64,000 nucleotides of DNA from Lama glama (lineage: Eukaryota), in contig CM052817.1 in assembly GCA_028534125.1 (NCBI GenBank), forward strand, positions 64,544,001 through 64,608,000, written 5' to 3'. Within the stretch, counting starts at the first letter, position 1; every line of letters begins with the position of its first letter. Positions 39,230 through 53,597 of the stretch are shown piece by piece. Below the pieces are notes generated by a model. That model did no database searches and was not told the origin of the DNA. It was given only the letters and a program-made list of their open reading frames with translations. The translations under genes were made by a program, and so were the position numbers.

Positions 39230-40460
39230 TAACCAATTTTCTTTGCAGCAAAAACATTTTCTTTTGGTCCAAAGTCTAACCCATTCTTAAGTGTTGTATT
39301 TAATTGCCACGCCTCTTTAGTCTCCTGATTTGGAACAGTTCTTCAAATCTTTCCCTGTCTTTGGGACGTTGGCATTTTGAAGAGTATAGGTCAATTACAT
39401 TGTTGATTGTCTTCTGTTTGCGTTTATGTTCTCAGTGTTTCGTATTAGGAGGTGCACAAAGTTGATTTGTCCTATTACTGGTGATTTTAACTTTTGTAAC
39501 GTAGGTCTGCAAAGTTTCTCATCTGTGAAATTACTATTTTGCCTTTTTAAGTGATAAACATTTTGTAAGAAGTTACACTGAGGCTATGTAAACATCCTGT
39601 TCCTTAAAAAAATTTCCCCCAATTGTTTTAGTAACCACTGGTGACTTTTTGTTTTGTTTTGTTTTTTTGGAGTGAGAGGTAAATAGGTTTATTTATTTAT
39701 TTATTTAATGACTGTACTGGAGTTTGAACCCAGGACCTCATGCATGCTATGCATACACTTTACCACTAAGCTATACCACCCACTTCCACTGGTTAACTCT
39801 TGCCTAAATAAAGTATTACTAAAATGGTTGCTAAATGGTGATTTTCTAACATCATCATTCCTTCTATATTTATTAGTTGACATTCTATTGTAAAGAAGTG
39901 CTTACTTCTGTCCCTCACTTGCTTGTGTGTTTTTATGAGCATGGGCTCCTGGATTACCATTAAAAAAATGGGTTATACTCTGATATTATCCTTACTTATT
40001 CTGATGGTAAGATTGTCTCCAGTTTGGCCCCTGGGTGTTCCTACAAATTGGCTACTGTGTCCTATTTATAATCTCCATGATTTTTGAGCTTTACTTTATG
40101 TTCTGGTATAATGAGACTTTCCAGATTTATCTTGTACTTTCCCTGCTCTGAGAATGCGCCAGTTCTTCAAGGAGCTCTGACCCCTTTCAGTGGAGAATGG
40201 TATTTAGAAAGCAAGATCTAGAAATTAGGAGTGCTCATTGCCATTAGATCCTCTTAGCTTTACTTATATATGTGTGCGCGCACACACACATGCAGAGTCT
40301 ATGTTATCTATCTATCAATCAATCAAAACCTTCATATTGATACTTCTATTTCTAACATAGTACCACATGATTTGTTTTAGCCTTCAGCCTTGCCGTATTT
40401 CTAACTCCCTCCTCAGGGAGTGAAAAATTTGGCTCACTATGTCCTTAATATAGTTACTTA
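39230..40460 (-). mobile_element. L1MC4/5-like 3' UTR with a SINE insertion
   Basis: Similar to the 51.1-52.4 kb and 32.8-33.9 kb blocks. Confidence 0.65.
39646..39786 (-). mobile_element. tRNA-Ala-derived SINE (Vic-1 type)
   Basis: Reverse tRNA head; TSD ccactggt. Confidence 0.85.
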
Positions 40461-40659
40461 TTTTCTCATTTCTTCTTTATGTTCCATGCCCCTGATCCTT
40501 GATTATCTCCTTAGCTTTGGCCTTAGTGGTCCCACAGATCTCCTTTAGCTCTGACTGTTTCATGGGCCCCAACTCCATAGGCTCTGGGCACCTCTTTGAC
40601 CCTGGCTCCAGCTCTACAAGTCTTACATTAGTGAAGGATGTTTACAGGGGAAAGGAATT

Positions 40660-41090
40660 ATCAGATTTGTCTCTTAGAACAATCAGTTTGATGGCGAGGA
40701 TTAGATTCAGTGGATTAGAGGCAGTTAAGAGGCTACTGTAATAGTCTAAGCAAAGGCTTAAAGTGGCCTAAACTAAAACTGCAGCCAAAGAATAGACAGA
40801 ACATATAAAACAAATATTTAGAAGATAAAAATCTATAGGACTGAGTGATTAATTTTATGTGGGGACATGGGGAAGAAGAGGGAGCCTAATTTTTAACTTG
40901 GGAGAAAAGAGTAGAAAGGATGTCACTAAACAATATAGGGAATTCAGGAGAAAAAATGGATTTAAAGGGGGTGGCAAAAGTGGGTAAATAGAGGACAATA
41001 GTTTCTTTTTGACCACGTTGAGTGTGAACTGTACATGGACACTTGAAGCAGTGTAGCTAGTTGGACAGATGGCTTTGGGCATGTGCTCAG
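40660..41090 (-). mobile_element. L2 LINE fragment
   Basis: gaggcagttaagaggctactgtaatagtctaagc...ggcctaaactaa pattern. Confidence 0.7.
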
Positions 41091-42279
41091 ATGATGGTTT
41101 TGGGTATGTGCTTACACACTATCTCAAAAGTATTTTTCTCTGTGCAAAAGTCCAGGGAAACAAGGGCTTTCAGGGCGAAAGAACTCTTCAAAATGCCAAA
41201 TTCTCATCTGAGACTCTGAAGTCCATTCTTCTACCTGGAAGTGGGTTGGCTGAACTTTGCCCACCAGAGTTAAAACAGAAACCGATGTCCAATGGAGACT
41301 TTGAGTTAGAATATCAGAAGGAAGAGAATAAAACAGGGACTATGATGTTATTTTGTAAAAATTTGTTTTGTCATTTTTTTTATGCTTAAACAAAAGCATA
41401 AAAATTGATTATCTTAAGAACAGCCAGAAAGGTGGTCTTAGGAAATTTATCTCACTCAACTTCTTGTCTTGTGGGGATAAAGGGGACCAAAAAAAAAGAG
41501 AAGCTGATGGCAAGGCTAACTAATATTGATAATAAGTATCACTTGTTGGGCTCTTAAGCACTTCACAAAGTCTATGAGATAGGTATTCTAATTTGTATTT
41601 TTCAGATATGGAAAATGAGGTTAAACAAGTTGCCCATGGAAACATGACTAAGGGAAGGGGTTTGGAGGCGGAGGTTCTGACTCAGGTGTGCCTATCTTAA
41701 TGCAACATCTGTGCTCTTAACTGCCCCGCAGCACTGCTTTCCTGAAGCTGATAGGAAGCGGCAGCCTCCGGAGCAGATGGCCAGCAAGAGCAGGAGAGTT
41801 TCCAGCCTCCTCGTGCTTGAGAAGAACCCTGAGGGTCTTTTAAACTAGAGTTTTCAGAAATTCTTGTTCCTCTATTTAATTAGCTCAGTCCTGGACACAA
41901 TCCACCAGGGGTCAACAAACTGGAATTCCTCGAGTAGATGGACAAAGATTGCAAGGGATCTAATCATACTATAAAACATAAGGGAATATTGTAAGGAGTG
42001 ACAAACTATAAGACATGACAGTATCAAATACATAAAGAGCTATCATATAGAAAAGGAATAGGACTTACTGTTTTCCCTAAATCTAAGAGTAATCCATGGC
42101 ATAGTGCTACGTGAAAATGGAGAATAAAGTATTCTATCGATAACTACAAATAAGTAAATATTTAGTATGCACGTGGATAAGGATTGAAGGTAACAAGAAC
42201 AGATGAAACACTGATGTGTTTAAGTGATGGTATCGTGGCCAATTTGTGCCTTGACTCTTATTTTAGTATTGCTCTGCAA

Positions 42280-42870
42280 AAAAGAAGTTTTAACAAATAA
42301 AAGCAAACACATAAAAGAAGAAATACAAATGCTGTAATCATAAAAAAAGTTCAGCCTTATTATAATCTAATAAAAATTACAATTTTCCATTTATCAAAAT
42401 GAAAAGCATTAAAAATAGATAATATCTAGCACTAGTAAATCTCAGAAAATAAGATCTCTAATATAGTTCTGACCAGAGTGTAAGTTTGTACACACTTTCT
42501 GAAGAAAAATTTGGCAAACTGTATGAAAAACAATAAACAGTGATAACCCTTTGATGGAGCAATTTCACTTTTAAGAATACATCCTAAGTAAATAAGGATT
42601 TGTGTAAAGTTCGAACAAAAAAGGTATATTCACAGAAGACTTGTTTATAATATACAACAATTAAAAAAACCCCTAAATATCTATTGTTAGTGCATTTGGC
42701 TCAGTAAATTATTGATACAGTAGAATATTAAGCAAACATTATAATTATGTGGTAAAAGTATATTTGATGACAATAAAGGAAGTTCACAACATACCTGTAG
42801 AAAACAAGTAACTAAATACTCTGCATAGTATGGTCCAATTTTTGTCAAAAAATATTTTATATATGTACCT
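42280..42870 (+). mobile_element. Old L1ME-like 3' fragment
   Basis: Decayed ORF2-end/3' UTR motifs (ctttga..agcaatttcacttttaagaat). Confidence 0.65.
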
Positions 42871-43249
42871 CTAAGGCGCCTTTCAACTCCAACATTTCAT
42901 GATCAATACAATTCTCCCCTATTTATCCCTTAAACAATCAACTGGGATAATACAAAAAATTATTGTTCGTATTGAATATCTAGCAGTTGCGTTACCATCA
43001 CTACAGCTGTACACTGTGAATGGAGAGAGGTGTGGGGAAAAAAAACGGGCACAAAGGAGGGAGGGCGGACACAAATCTCAGCCCACCTCTTGACAGTTCC
43101 CTGGCTTCCTTTTTTGTGAATGAGCAGTGGTCCTTAGGCCTCAGGGTAGATACTATCAGAGAGAAATAGAACTTTCAAAAGGGAATTACTTTGCTTTTCG
43201 GAGGAGATTCCGGATGGACCAACAAAGCGGCGTGGAGCGCCCTTTCCAA

Positions 43250-44379
<1,130 letters not shown>

Positions 44380-45654
44380 TGAGTTGCTTGGGACGATGGA
44401 AGTCGTAGGGAGGAAGAATGTTAGCTCCAGCCCCACCTCTGTCTCTGGTTTTATTGCTGCACTTTGACACTTAAGCAACTTTGGGGTTGGAGATGGAAAG
44501 GGGTTTGAGTAATTCATTCTTTTCCTTTGGCATCCAGAATTGTTAATTTGCAAAACTGTAAGTTAATGGTATGAGTCACCTCTTCTGATTTACTGAATTT
44601 CCGACCTAGTGAAAAAGACAGTTCTGTTAAGGGTTATGCTTTGAGGCCATAGTGTAATTTAGTAAGTTTTGTGTGGTGGAGCAAAGCCAGCCTTGAATGG
44701 GGTCCGGACTGAAACGTGTGCTCTTGTTTATGTTTACTGAAGAGTGCTAGTGTTCCGCTTGCGTTTCCACGCTGAGAGTATTGGCCCGGCGGCAGTGGTT
44801 TGGCTTTCAGTTACAGTCCAGGCTTGTTGAAGAGACACATGAATATTCAACTGTTAAATTGGTAGTGTCCTGCGGGGGGGAGAGCTGGAACAGAGAATCG
44901 GAAGGCCTGGTCGCGACCCTGCCCTTGCCAGTTACTGGGAGGTCTCGAACTAGTCAAGTTACTTAATCTTTATGAGCTCCACTCCCACCACTGTATAGAG
45001 GGGAAGATGATACTTCTACTTACATATTTCGTAAGATTGTCCTGAGGCCCAAATTAGCCAATGAATGTGAAATGCTGGTTAAACAAGGCATTTTTTTGAA
45101 GGCCAACCATATAGTGTAGCACTGTTTCATAAAAACAATAAAAAATAAGTATTTCAAATATAAAACGTGTACTCATAGAGATGTATGTAAAATTACATAT
45201 AAGTAAAATCCTTAAGGTCCAACACTTGTAGATAAGCCATTGTAAGTAAGAGATCATAGCTACGTTATACAGGTCTTGTTTTCAGATGGGATATGATCTT
45301 TGACCTTGTTAGTATCATTTGGAAAAAGTTGCACTTGAAGAAGTGTTGTTAGTTCTAAGAATAGCATTGGAACTACTTAACATGCTAAACCTGGTCTGAG
45401 TCCTTTTGTTTCTTTAAAATAATTTTCAAATTCTTATTTGTTAAGGCCTATGTGGGACCTGGACTTTAAAAAACTCAATAGTTTGCTTTTGGAAATTGTG
45501 TACCATTTGAGAGAATAATGTAGTTTATATTTTAACTTTGTCTTTAAAATTAGCTGGCATTTGTAATGCTAAACGAGTTAATATGTACACTTACCTGTTG
45601 AGATTTTTAAGAGATGGTCTGAAATCATATTCATTAAGGATAGGTGAAATTCTC

Positions 45655-46105
45655 TTTTTTTTAAAATTGATGTATAGTTGATTTACAATGTGTTAGTTTC
45701 AGGTGCACAGCAAAGTGATTCAGTTATACATACATATATATAAATAAATGTACTCTTTTCAGATTTGTTCCATTATAGGTTATTATAATATATTAACTAT
45801 AGTTCCTTGTGCTATACAGTAGGACCTTGTTGATTATCTATTTTATATATAATAGTGTGTATATGTTAATCCCAAACTCCTAATTTATCCCTCCCTCCCC
45901 CTTTGATAACCATAAGTTTGTTTTCTGTGTGTGTTTTGTAAATAAGTTTATTTGTATCATTTTTTTAGATTTCATATATAAGTGGTATCATATGATATTT
46001 GTCTTTCTGTCTGATTTACTTCACTTAATATAATAATCTCCAGGTTCATCCATGTTGCTGCAAATGGCATTATTTTATTCCTTTTTATGGCTGAGTAATA
46101 TTCCA

Positions 46106-46150
<45 letters not shown>

Positions 46151-46367
46151 CATATAATAATTTGATCCAGTTACCTGTTGATGGACATTGAGGTTGCTTC
46201 TATGTCTTAACTATTGTAAATAGTGCTGCTATGAACATTGGGGTACATATGTCTTTTCAAATTAGTTTTCTCTGGATATATTGCCCAGGGCATTGATTGC
46301 TGGATCATATGGTAATGTTATTTCTAGTTTTTTAAGTACCCTTCATACTGTTCTACATAGTGCCTGC
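45655..46367 (-). mobile_element. L1 3' end in METAP1 intron 1 (antisense)
   Basis: Poly-T, L1 3' UTR, TSD aaggataggt...attctctt. Confidence 0.9.
46108..46147. repeat. (GT)n microsatellite, about 20 units
   Basis: Perfect dinucleotide run inside the L1. Confidence 0.97.
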
Positions 46368-49300
46368 AAGGATAGGTAGTATTCTCTTAGGCATAGTATT
46401 ATTCAGTAGAAAGAACATTGGCTCATTGGGGTTTGTGAAAAAATGCCAACATATTTGTGACGACATGCAGGGTTGATTCAGTACGGTGAGATGGGAGATA
46501 TTTCATGTTGGATTTTGCAGGTATATTTCTGGTACCATTGCTGTACCTGTGGTCAAATGTATCCTGCTGACCTGCTCTTGAAGCTGTGTCTCTTCATTCC
46601 TATTACTACCTCCTGTAGTGGATTTTTAAAATTTCTCACCAAGTTAGGTGTAGTGGTCTTTTAATTCATTTCCCTGCTGTAGTTCTCCACCTTGTGAATA
46701 AACACCCACAAAAACCAAAGGAACAAAACCTTTTCTACAGAAGTTATTTTTCTCCTAGCAGAGCGCAGTCTGTGCTTATTCCCCACCCATAACAAATGGA
46801 GTTACCATTGCTTGCAGGATTCTAGCACTGTGGTCAGGGCACCTTTTTTGAGTCCAGCTCTATCTTCTTGCTCTAACTAGAGGCTGTATTTATACTCTTT
46901 CCTTCAACCCAAATGCCACCTGTCTTCTGAAATCACACTTATTCTTTCAGTCCCAACTTGAGACTGATCAATCACTAACTTTTCTAAGCCAATTTTCACA
47001 TTTGTGATGAAACTAGGACTTTTTTTTTTTGAAACTAGGACTTCTTGCTGCTTCTCGAATCTTCTTCGGTAGCAGTGGTTTGTCTTTTCTCTTCTCCTTG
47101 CTCCTCTGGTCCCCAGCCTGGCTGTCTGGCCAGCTTGTCTTTGGAAACAAACTGAGAACAAAACTATGAGAGGCCATAACAAAAGTAAGCCTTTCCCAGT
47201 TACCCTGTCATCACCTTGCTTACTTCCTTTATAACATTTTATACAATCTGTAATTATCTCATTTGTATTCTTGTTTATCTGTCTTTTAATCAGAAGGTGA
47301 GGATCATGAATAAGCTATCTTGTTCATTGCCCTATCATCATTTCTCAGCACAATGCTCTCTGTATGTAGTAAGTAGGTGGTCGATAAACGTTTGAATCAA
47401 TGCATCAAAAGGAGGAATAGAGGGGTAGACTGCTGCATTTGAATCCCAACTCCATCACTTACTAGCTGTGTGACTTTGGGCAAATAACCTGTTTTTTGTT
47501 ACAGCTTTTTAAAATGGTGCTGTGAATAGTACTAATGCCAGGGTTTTGGTGAAGACTAAATATTAAGTGTAAAACACTTAGCACAGCAGTAAATTTAGTC
47601 AGTGTTAGCTTTTTAAATTGTTATACTGTGTTTTATGCTTAAGAAGTTAGAAATATTTTTATTTAAGATGCTTAAGAAAAATATTGGTCCTTTAAATGAG
47701 TAAAACCCATTCCACTTGAAATTGAGCTTTTCAGGAGTTCCTGACACTTGATGGTGTTTCTTTATAGTTGTGTCCAACTTATTTAATGGTAGTTCACTTC
47801 ACTAGTTTTAGTAGTAGTTTGGTAATTTATTCCTAGTCCCTAGGAGTTTGTTAGAGTTTTTGGAGGATGGAGGCTGTGCTGTACTCATTTTGTATTTCTT
47901 TAAGTGCCTTGTACACAGTAGGCACTCAGTTCCTTAAACGAAAGTAAAAAGGGGAAAAAGGTCAATAGGCCTGAGAATGAAAAGCAAAGAGCATTTCAGC
48001 CCTTAGTGAACACCCCAGGGCAGATGCTATCTTGTCTTCAGTTAAAGGATCCTACTGAGATGGACCTGAGTGATTCGCAACCCTTTAAAAGGCAGGAGAA
48101 CTTAAAAGGTGGTATAGTGTAACTGAGTTTGGAGTCTGACCTGGGCGTAAAATTTTTGCTACCACGTTCTTGGGTAAATCATCTTCAATTTTGTAAGAAA
48201 GGGCTAATGGTGCACCCTCTTCATGGACTTGAGGCGAAGGTAAATAAGTGCCTCACACAGTGTTCAGTAAATAGTTGTATTATGCATATAGCCTCATGTC
48301 TAGTACTGTTACAGTAGTAAGGAAAGTTTAAAAATGTCTGAGAAGTGTAGTTTGTTTATGAACATTTGGAACAAATTCTTGGCAACAGGTTCTTTCAAAG
48401 AAGCAGTGGCAGTGTAAGATGACTGACTGGGTCTTCAGGGAGAAAGTGAGTGGGTGGGCATCTGGTAGGTTGGAGCTGTAAGTGAGGAATGAATTGTCCT
48501 TCTAGCGCGTAGCATCTGTGAAATGCAGCCCTGCCCTCTAAAACTCTTTCTCCTTTAGTAACAAACTTCCTGACAATGCAGAGTGTTTCTGGAACTCTTC
48601 TTCGGTATTACCATACTATACTTTTTGTTTCTAGGGACTTTCTTTAAATTCCTCACATTACCTCATGCTACCCCTGGATATTGCTGTTAGGTGTTTGGGT
48701 ACAGCTGTCTTAGCTTTTTGTTTATAAAAACAAAAAGATAGGATGAAGGTTTAGAGAGGTTGTGATTTTTTTTTTGTTAAAAATTTTTTTATTTATTGTT
48801 GAAAAATTAGAAAATACAGGTAAAAAGTTACCCAGTGATAATTTCTGTGAGTTTTTTGATGGATAGTCTTACAATATTGATATATTCTTACATACATTTA
48901 TGTGCGTTTACTTGTATGTGTTTTTATCAAAATGGCATGATAATATAATCTTAGGGATTTTGCCCACTTTTATGTCTTAACCAAAATATTGGCAATGTCT
49001 GTTACAGCTGCATTTATATCATCCTTCGTAATAGCTGAATAATATACTATGTGAGAGATGTACTGTCCTTTATTTACTCCTGTGTAGTTGAATTTAGTTT
49101 TTTTTTCTGTTTTTTAGCTGCTGTTTAACTGCTCTTCAAAAAATGTTCTTGTAGAATTTAAATCATTTTGATTTACTTGGGAGTATAGAATAATGGTTGG
49201 ACTGTTACATGAACCCAGAATTGAACCATCCCAAGCTGCTAATAGTTCTCACAGTGTAGTCAATATGTTGTTGTTAGAGGACCTTCTGGTGATAAAGAGA

Positions 49301-50369
49301 GATGTCTTTTTATTGACATGCTTGTATTATAAATGCCTATGTTGGGGTTTTGTCATGAATTATGTATTCCAGTAGAACTTACACAAAGCAAGCGTCATTT
49401 GGTTGGTAGGTAGATAATCAAAAATTGAAACAACTCTTTGGCTCTGAATTACTTTTTTAGAGCTTGAAGGGCTATTACAAATAGATGTGGTATTACACTG
49501 TTCATATAGTTTGTGGTAAAAGTTTTAGTCATTTTTTTATTTGGAGGAGGGTAAGTCTTCTTTGGGTTTGACATGCTTGTAAAATTAGTAAATTTTAATT
49601 TGGTAGGAGTGACAGACACATAAGCCCATTGCTAAGCACATACTTAGCTCTACATGTCAAGAGGGAGAAGCAGTAGCATGGTAGCTCCCTCCTTATTAAT
49701 GAGGAATTGTCTTTGGTATTAATAGCAAACCCATTTAGTAGATGAAATGTAGGCGGGAATACTCTATACAGCAAAAACCACTGGGATTCTCTCCATTTTA
49801 AAGTTTTAATGTAGCCAGATATAAATATAATTATCCTTTCTGCTTGATCTTGAACTTCTCTTGACCTCACAGTTTTAACATGAAGCATTTGCTTATTCAT
49901 GCTTGGGCAGGTAGTGCTGATCTCAACAATTATAAATCTTTTTATTTTGATTTCTTTGATTAGTATCAGTCTTGGATCTGACTTTGAATAAAGAACAATT
50001 CAACGCACCCTTTAAGCTAAGTCTGCCTTTCATGTGTGTATTTAGCAGCTATAGTTGAACCTGGGAGAAGGAACTTCTGAAATTTCTCTTCAATTATTCA
50101 TTGGAAATGAGTTTTCATTTTGTGCACTGTTCACAATAGCAAAGTTGTGGAAACAATCTAAATATCCATGGATGGATGAATGGTTCAACAAAATGTGGAT
50201 CTAAACGAACATGATGTAGTAAATGCCTCCATACTACCACCTAAATTATTAAGAAGAACATTATTAGTAAAACAAGTAAAAAATCAGAAGGTACTCTCTA
50301 TTCTGAATTTTGTGTTTATCATTCATTTGCTTTTTCATATATTTGATTCCTTAGTTTTGATATTTTTCC

Positions 50370-50460
50370 TTCTTTTTTTTTTAATGAAGGTACTGGAAAT
50401 TGAACCCAGGACCTTGTGCATGCTAAGCATATCCTCTACCACTGAGCTATACCCTCCCCC
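50370..50460 (-). mobile_element. tRNA-Ala-derived SINE (Vic-1 type)
   Basis: Reverse tRNA-Ala head with poly-T. Confidence 0.9.
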
Positions 50461-51124
50461 TGATGTTTTTGAAATTTTAATAAATGAAATCACTGCAAGT
50501 ATTCTGCAACTTGCTTTCTTTGTTTAACATTATGTTCTTGAGATTCATCTATGTTGCATGTTGCTCCAGTTCATTTTCATTGCTGTATGGTGTTCTGATG
50601 AATTAACACATGTTTATTCATCCATTTGTTGATGAAAATTTTGGTTGTTCCAAGGTTTTGCTATTATCAACAGTGCTGCTCTAAACATTCTTGTACCTAA
50701 CTCTTGGCACCTGTTGTGAGTTTCTCTTGGGTATACACCTAGGAGAAAAATTCTTGGGTCATAGGATATATATGTGTTCAGCTCTGTTTTAATGGTGCCA
50801 TATTTTTTTCAATGTGTGCTTTTATACTCCCATCATGAGAAACTTTATATTGTTCCATATCCTAACTAAAACTTGATATTAATAGACATTTTGATTTTTG
50901 CCAATCTGGTCTGATGTGTTACTTATGAATAACAACATTCATTGGGCTATTTTCATATCTGTAAACCTGCAGAAATTTAACTGTTCTCAAGGGACTTATG
51001 GTTACTTGTATGGACAGGAAGTACTTTAAAAAAAACATTTAAATGACAAGGAGGTGCTGAGTGAAAGTTATAGAGGAGGATTTTTTTTCCACTTAATTAT
51101 TTTAGAACTTTATTGAGTTTCCCT

Positions 51125-52410
51125 AGCTTTTTATTGTGGAAATTTTCAAATCTATAGAAAAAAATTAAAAAATCTTGTAACTGCTGTATACCCAACACTT
51201 ACATTAATATTAATATTTTGCTAAATGCTTTATTTATGTGTGCTTGTGTGTATTGCATTTGTATAAATATATTTGTTGAAACATTTGAGAATAAGTCACA
51301 GATGATATGACACCACACCTGTTAATATTCAGCATGCATCTTCTAACCACAGGGACATTTTTAACTACAATACCATGATTACATGTAAGAATATTGACAA
51401 GAATTCCCTAATATCATCTAATAGTCAGTCCTATTCAGATTTCTCGTTACCTCCTGAGCACTGTTTTTCTTTCCAGAGGTTGGAAGACTGATTAAAAAAA
51501 TTTTTTTTTTTTATTGAAGTATAGTCAGTTTACAGTGTTGTGTCAGTTTCTGGTCTACAGCCTAATGGTTCAATCATACATATACAAATATATATTTGTT
51601 TTCACATTCTTCTTCATTGTAGATTACTACAAGGTATTGAATATAGTTCCCTGTGCCTGAGCATCTTCAATAGTTAAGTTTTTTTAATTTTTTGAAGTCA
51701 GGATCCTATCAAAGCTCACACATAGCATTTGATTGTTATGTTTCTTAGTCTCTTTTAATTTGGAACAGTTCTTTCATCTTTATTGTGATGCTGCTGACTT
51801 TTTGAAGAGACTAGTCAATTGTCTTGTAGATATCCATGTTGTTCTTGATTATCTGATTGTTTCCTCATAGTGTCTTTAAGTTTTATCACCTGTCTGTTCT
51901 GTAAGCCAGAATTAGGCCCAAAGGCCTAACTAGGTTCTGTCAAGATTCACTTGACAAGACTCATAGATGATGCTGTGTACTTCGTATTAAATCACATCAG
52001 GAGGCATAGAATGCCTGGTTGTCCCGCTCCTAGATTTGAACGCTTGGTTAAAGAGGTTGCTACCAGCTCACTACTGTAAATATACATTTTTCACTTTGCA
52101 GTTACTGCCACATCATCTGTAGGGTGATGCTCTGGCACTCTGAGAATATGCATTTCTTCAGCAGTCTTTCTCCTCGTGGTTTAAGCATACACAATACCAC
52201 CTTTGAAGTGGCTTCTGTATCCTTTTGATCCTCCTCCATTAGTTTTTTCTAGATTCTCGGCCCAAGACAAATCAGATTTACCTTGTCATTTCCTTATCCC
52301 AGATCTGGAATCCATCCTGTCTCCAAAGGAGCCCGTGTTTCTGGGAGGAATGTCTTTAGAAATCGAGCTCTGCGTGTGCAGTATGCTCCATGCCACTGGA
52401 CTGTCCTTGC
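51125..52410 (-). mobile_element. L1MC4/5-like 3' UTR containing a short young L1 3' end (about 51499-51656)
   Basis: Same family block as elsewhere; cctgagca duplicated around the inner insertion. Confidence 0.65.
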
Positions 52411-52881
52411 CTCTGGGAGAGGAGAAACTTTGCTGATGGCTCTGTGGAGGACACAAAGAAAACCTCCTAAGGGCAGTTGTTCGAAGCAGCATGGTAAATA
52501 GTTGAAAAGTTGTGTAGGTAAGGACAGGTCCTGAAAAGTCTCCTGAAGGAGGCAAGTTAAGAACTGGATTTGGATAAATTGAAAAAAAAAAAAAAAAAGC
52601 TGTGTATTAAGTTGAAGGAAGGGAAGGACATTCTCTCCCGGGGAAAGATGTGTCTATAGAAATGGAAGCAAGCTGAGGCACGTGTGTAACAGCAAGTAGA
52701 CTAGCTTTACGGTGGTTAAAAGTGTGAGTGCAGAAATATAATGAAATAAAATGATTGTTAGTAGGGAGAGAGATCTTGCCGTTCCATTGAGTGTGTTTTT
52801 TCAAAATGTAAATATCTCCATTTGTTTTTCATTATAAAAAGCAGTATATACTCTTTGCATAAATTTAAAACAGACGTGTAT

Positions 52882-53381
52882 NNNNNNNNNNNNNNNNNNN
52901 NNNNNNNNNNNNNNNNNNNNNNNNNNNNNNNNNNNNNNNNNNNNNNNNNNNNNNNNNNNNNNNNNNNNNNNNNNNNNNNNNNNNNNNNNNNNNNNNNNNN
53001 NNNNNNNNNNNNNNNNNNNNNNNNNNNNNNNNNNNNNNNNNNNNNNNNNNNNNNNNNNNNNNNNNNNNNNNNNNNNNNNNNNNNNNNNNNNNNNNNNNNN
53101 NNNNNNNNNNNNNNNNNNNNNNNNNNNNNNNNNNNNNNNNNNNNNNNNNNNNNNNNNNNNNNNNNNNNNNNNNNNNNNNNNNNNNNNNNNNNNNNNNNNN
53201 NNNNNNNNNNNNNNNNNNNNNNNNNNNNNNNNNNNNNNNNNNNNNNNNNNNNNNNNNNNNNNNNNNNNNNNNNNNNNNNNNNNNNNNNNNNNNNNNNNNN
53301 NNNNNNNNNNNNNNNNNNNNNNNNNNNNNNNNNNNNNNNNNNNNNNNNNNNNNNNNNNNNNNNNNNNNNNNNNNNNNNNNN
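52882..53381. other. Assembly gap (500 N)
   Basis: Run of N. Confidence 1.
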
Positions 53382-53597
53382 CTTTCTGGCTTACTTCACT
53401 TAGAATGACATTCTCTAGGAGCATCCATGTTGCTGCAAATGGCATTATGTTGTCGGTTTTTATGGCTGAGTAGTATTCCATTGTATAAATATACCACCTC
53501 TTCTTTATCCAGTCACCTGTTGATGGACATTTAGGCTGTTTCCATGTCTTGGCTATTGTAAATAGTGCTGCTATGAACATTGGGGTGCAGGTGTCAG
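53382..53597 (-). mobile_element. Young L1, ORF2 C-terminus
   Basis: ORF track MFIAALFTIAKTWKQPKCPS...YYSAIK...ILSEVSQ matches the L1 ORF2 end. Confidence 0.92.
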
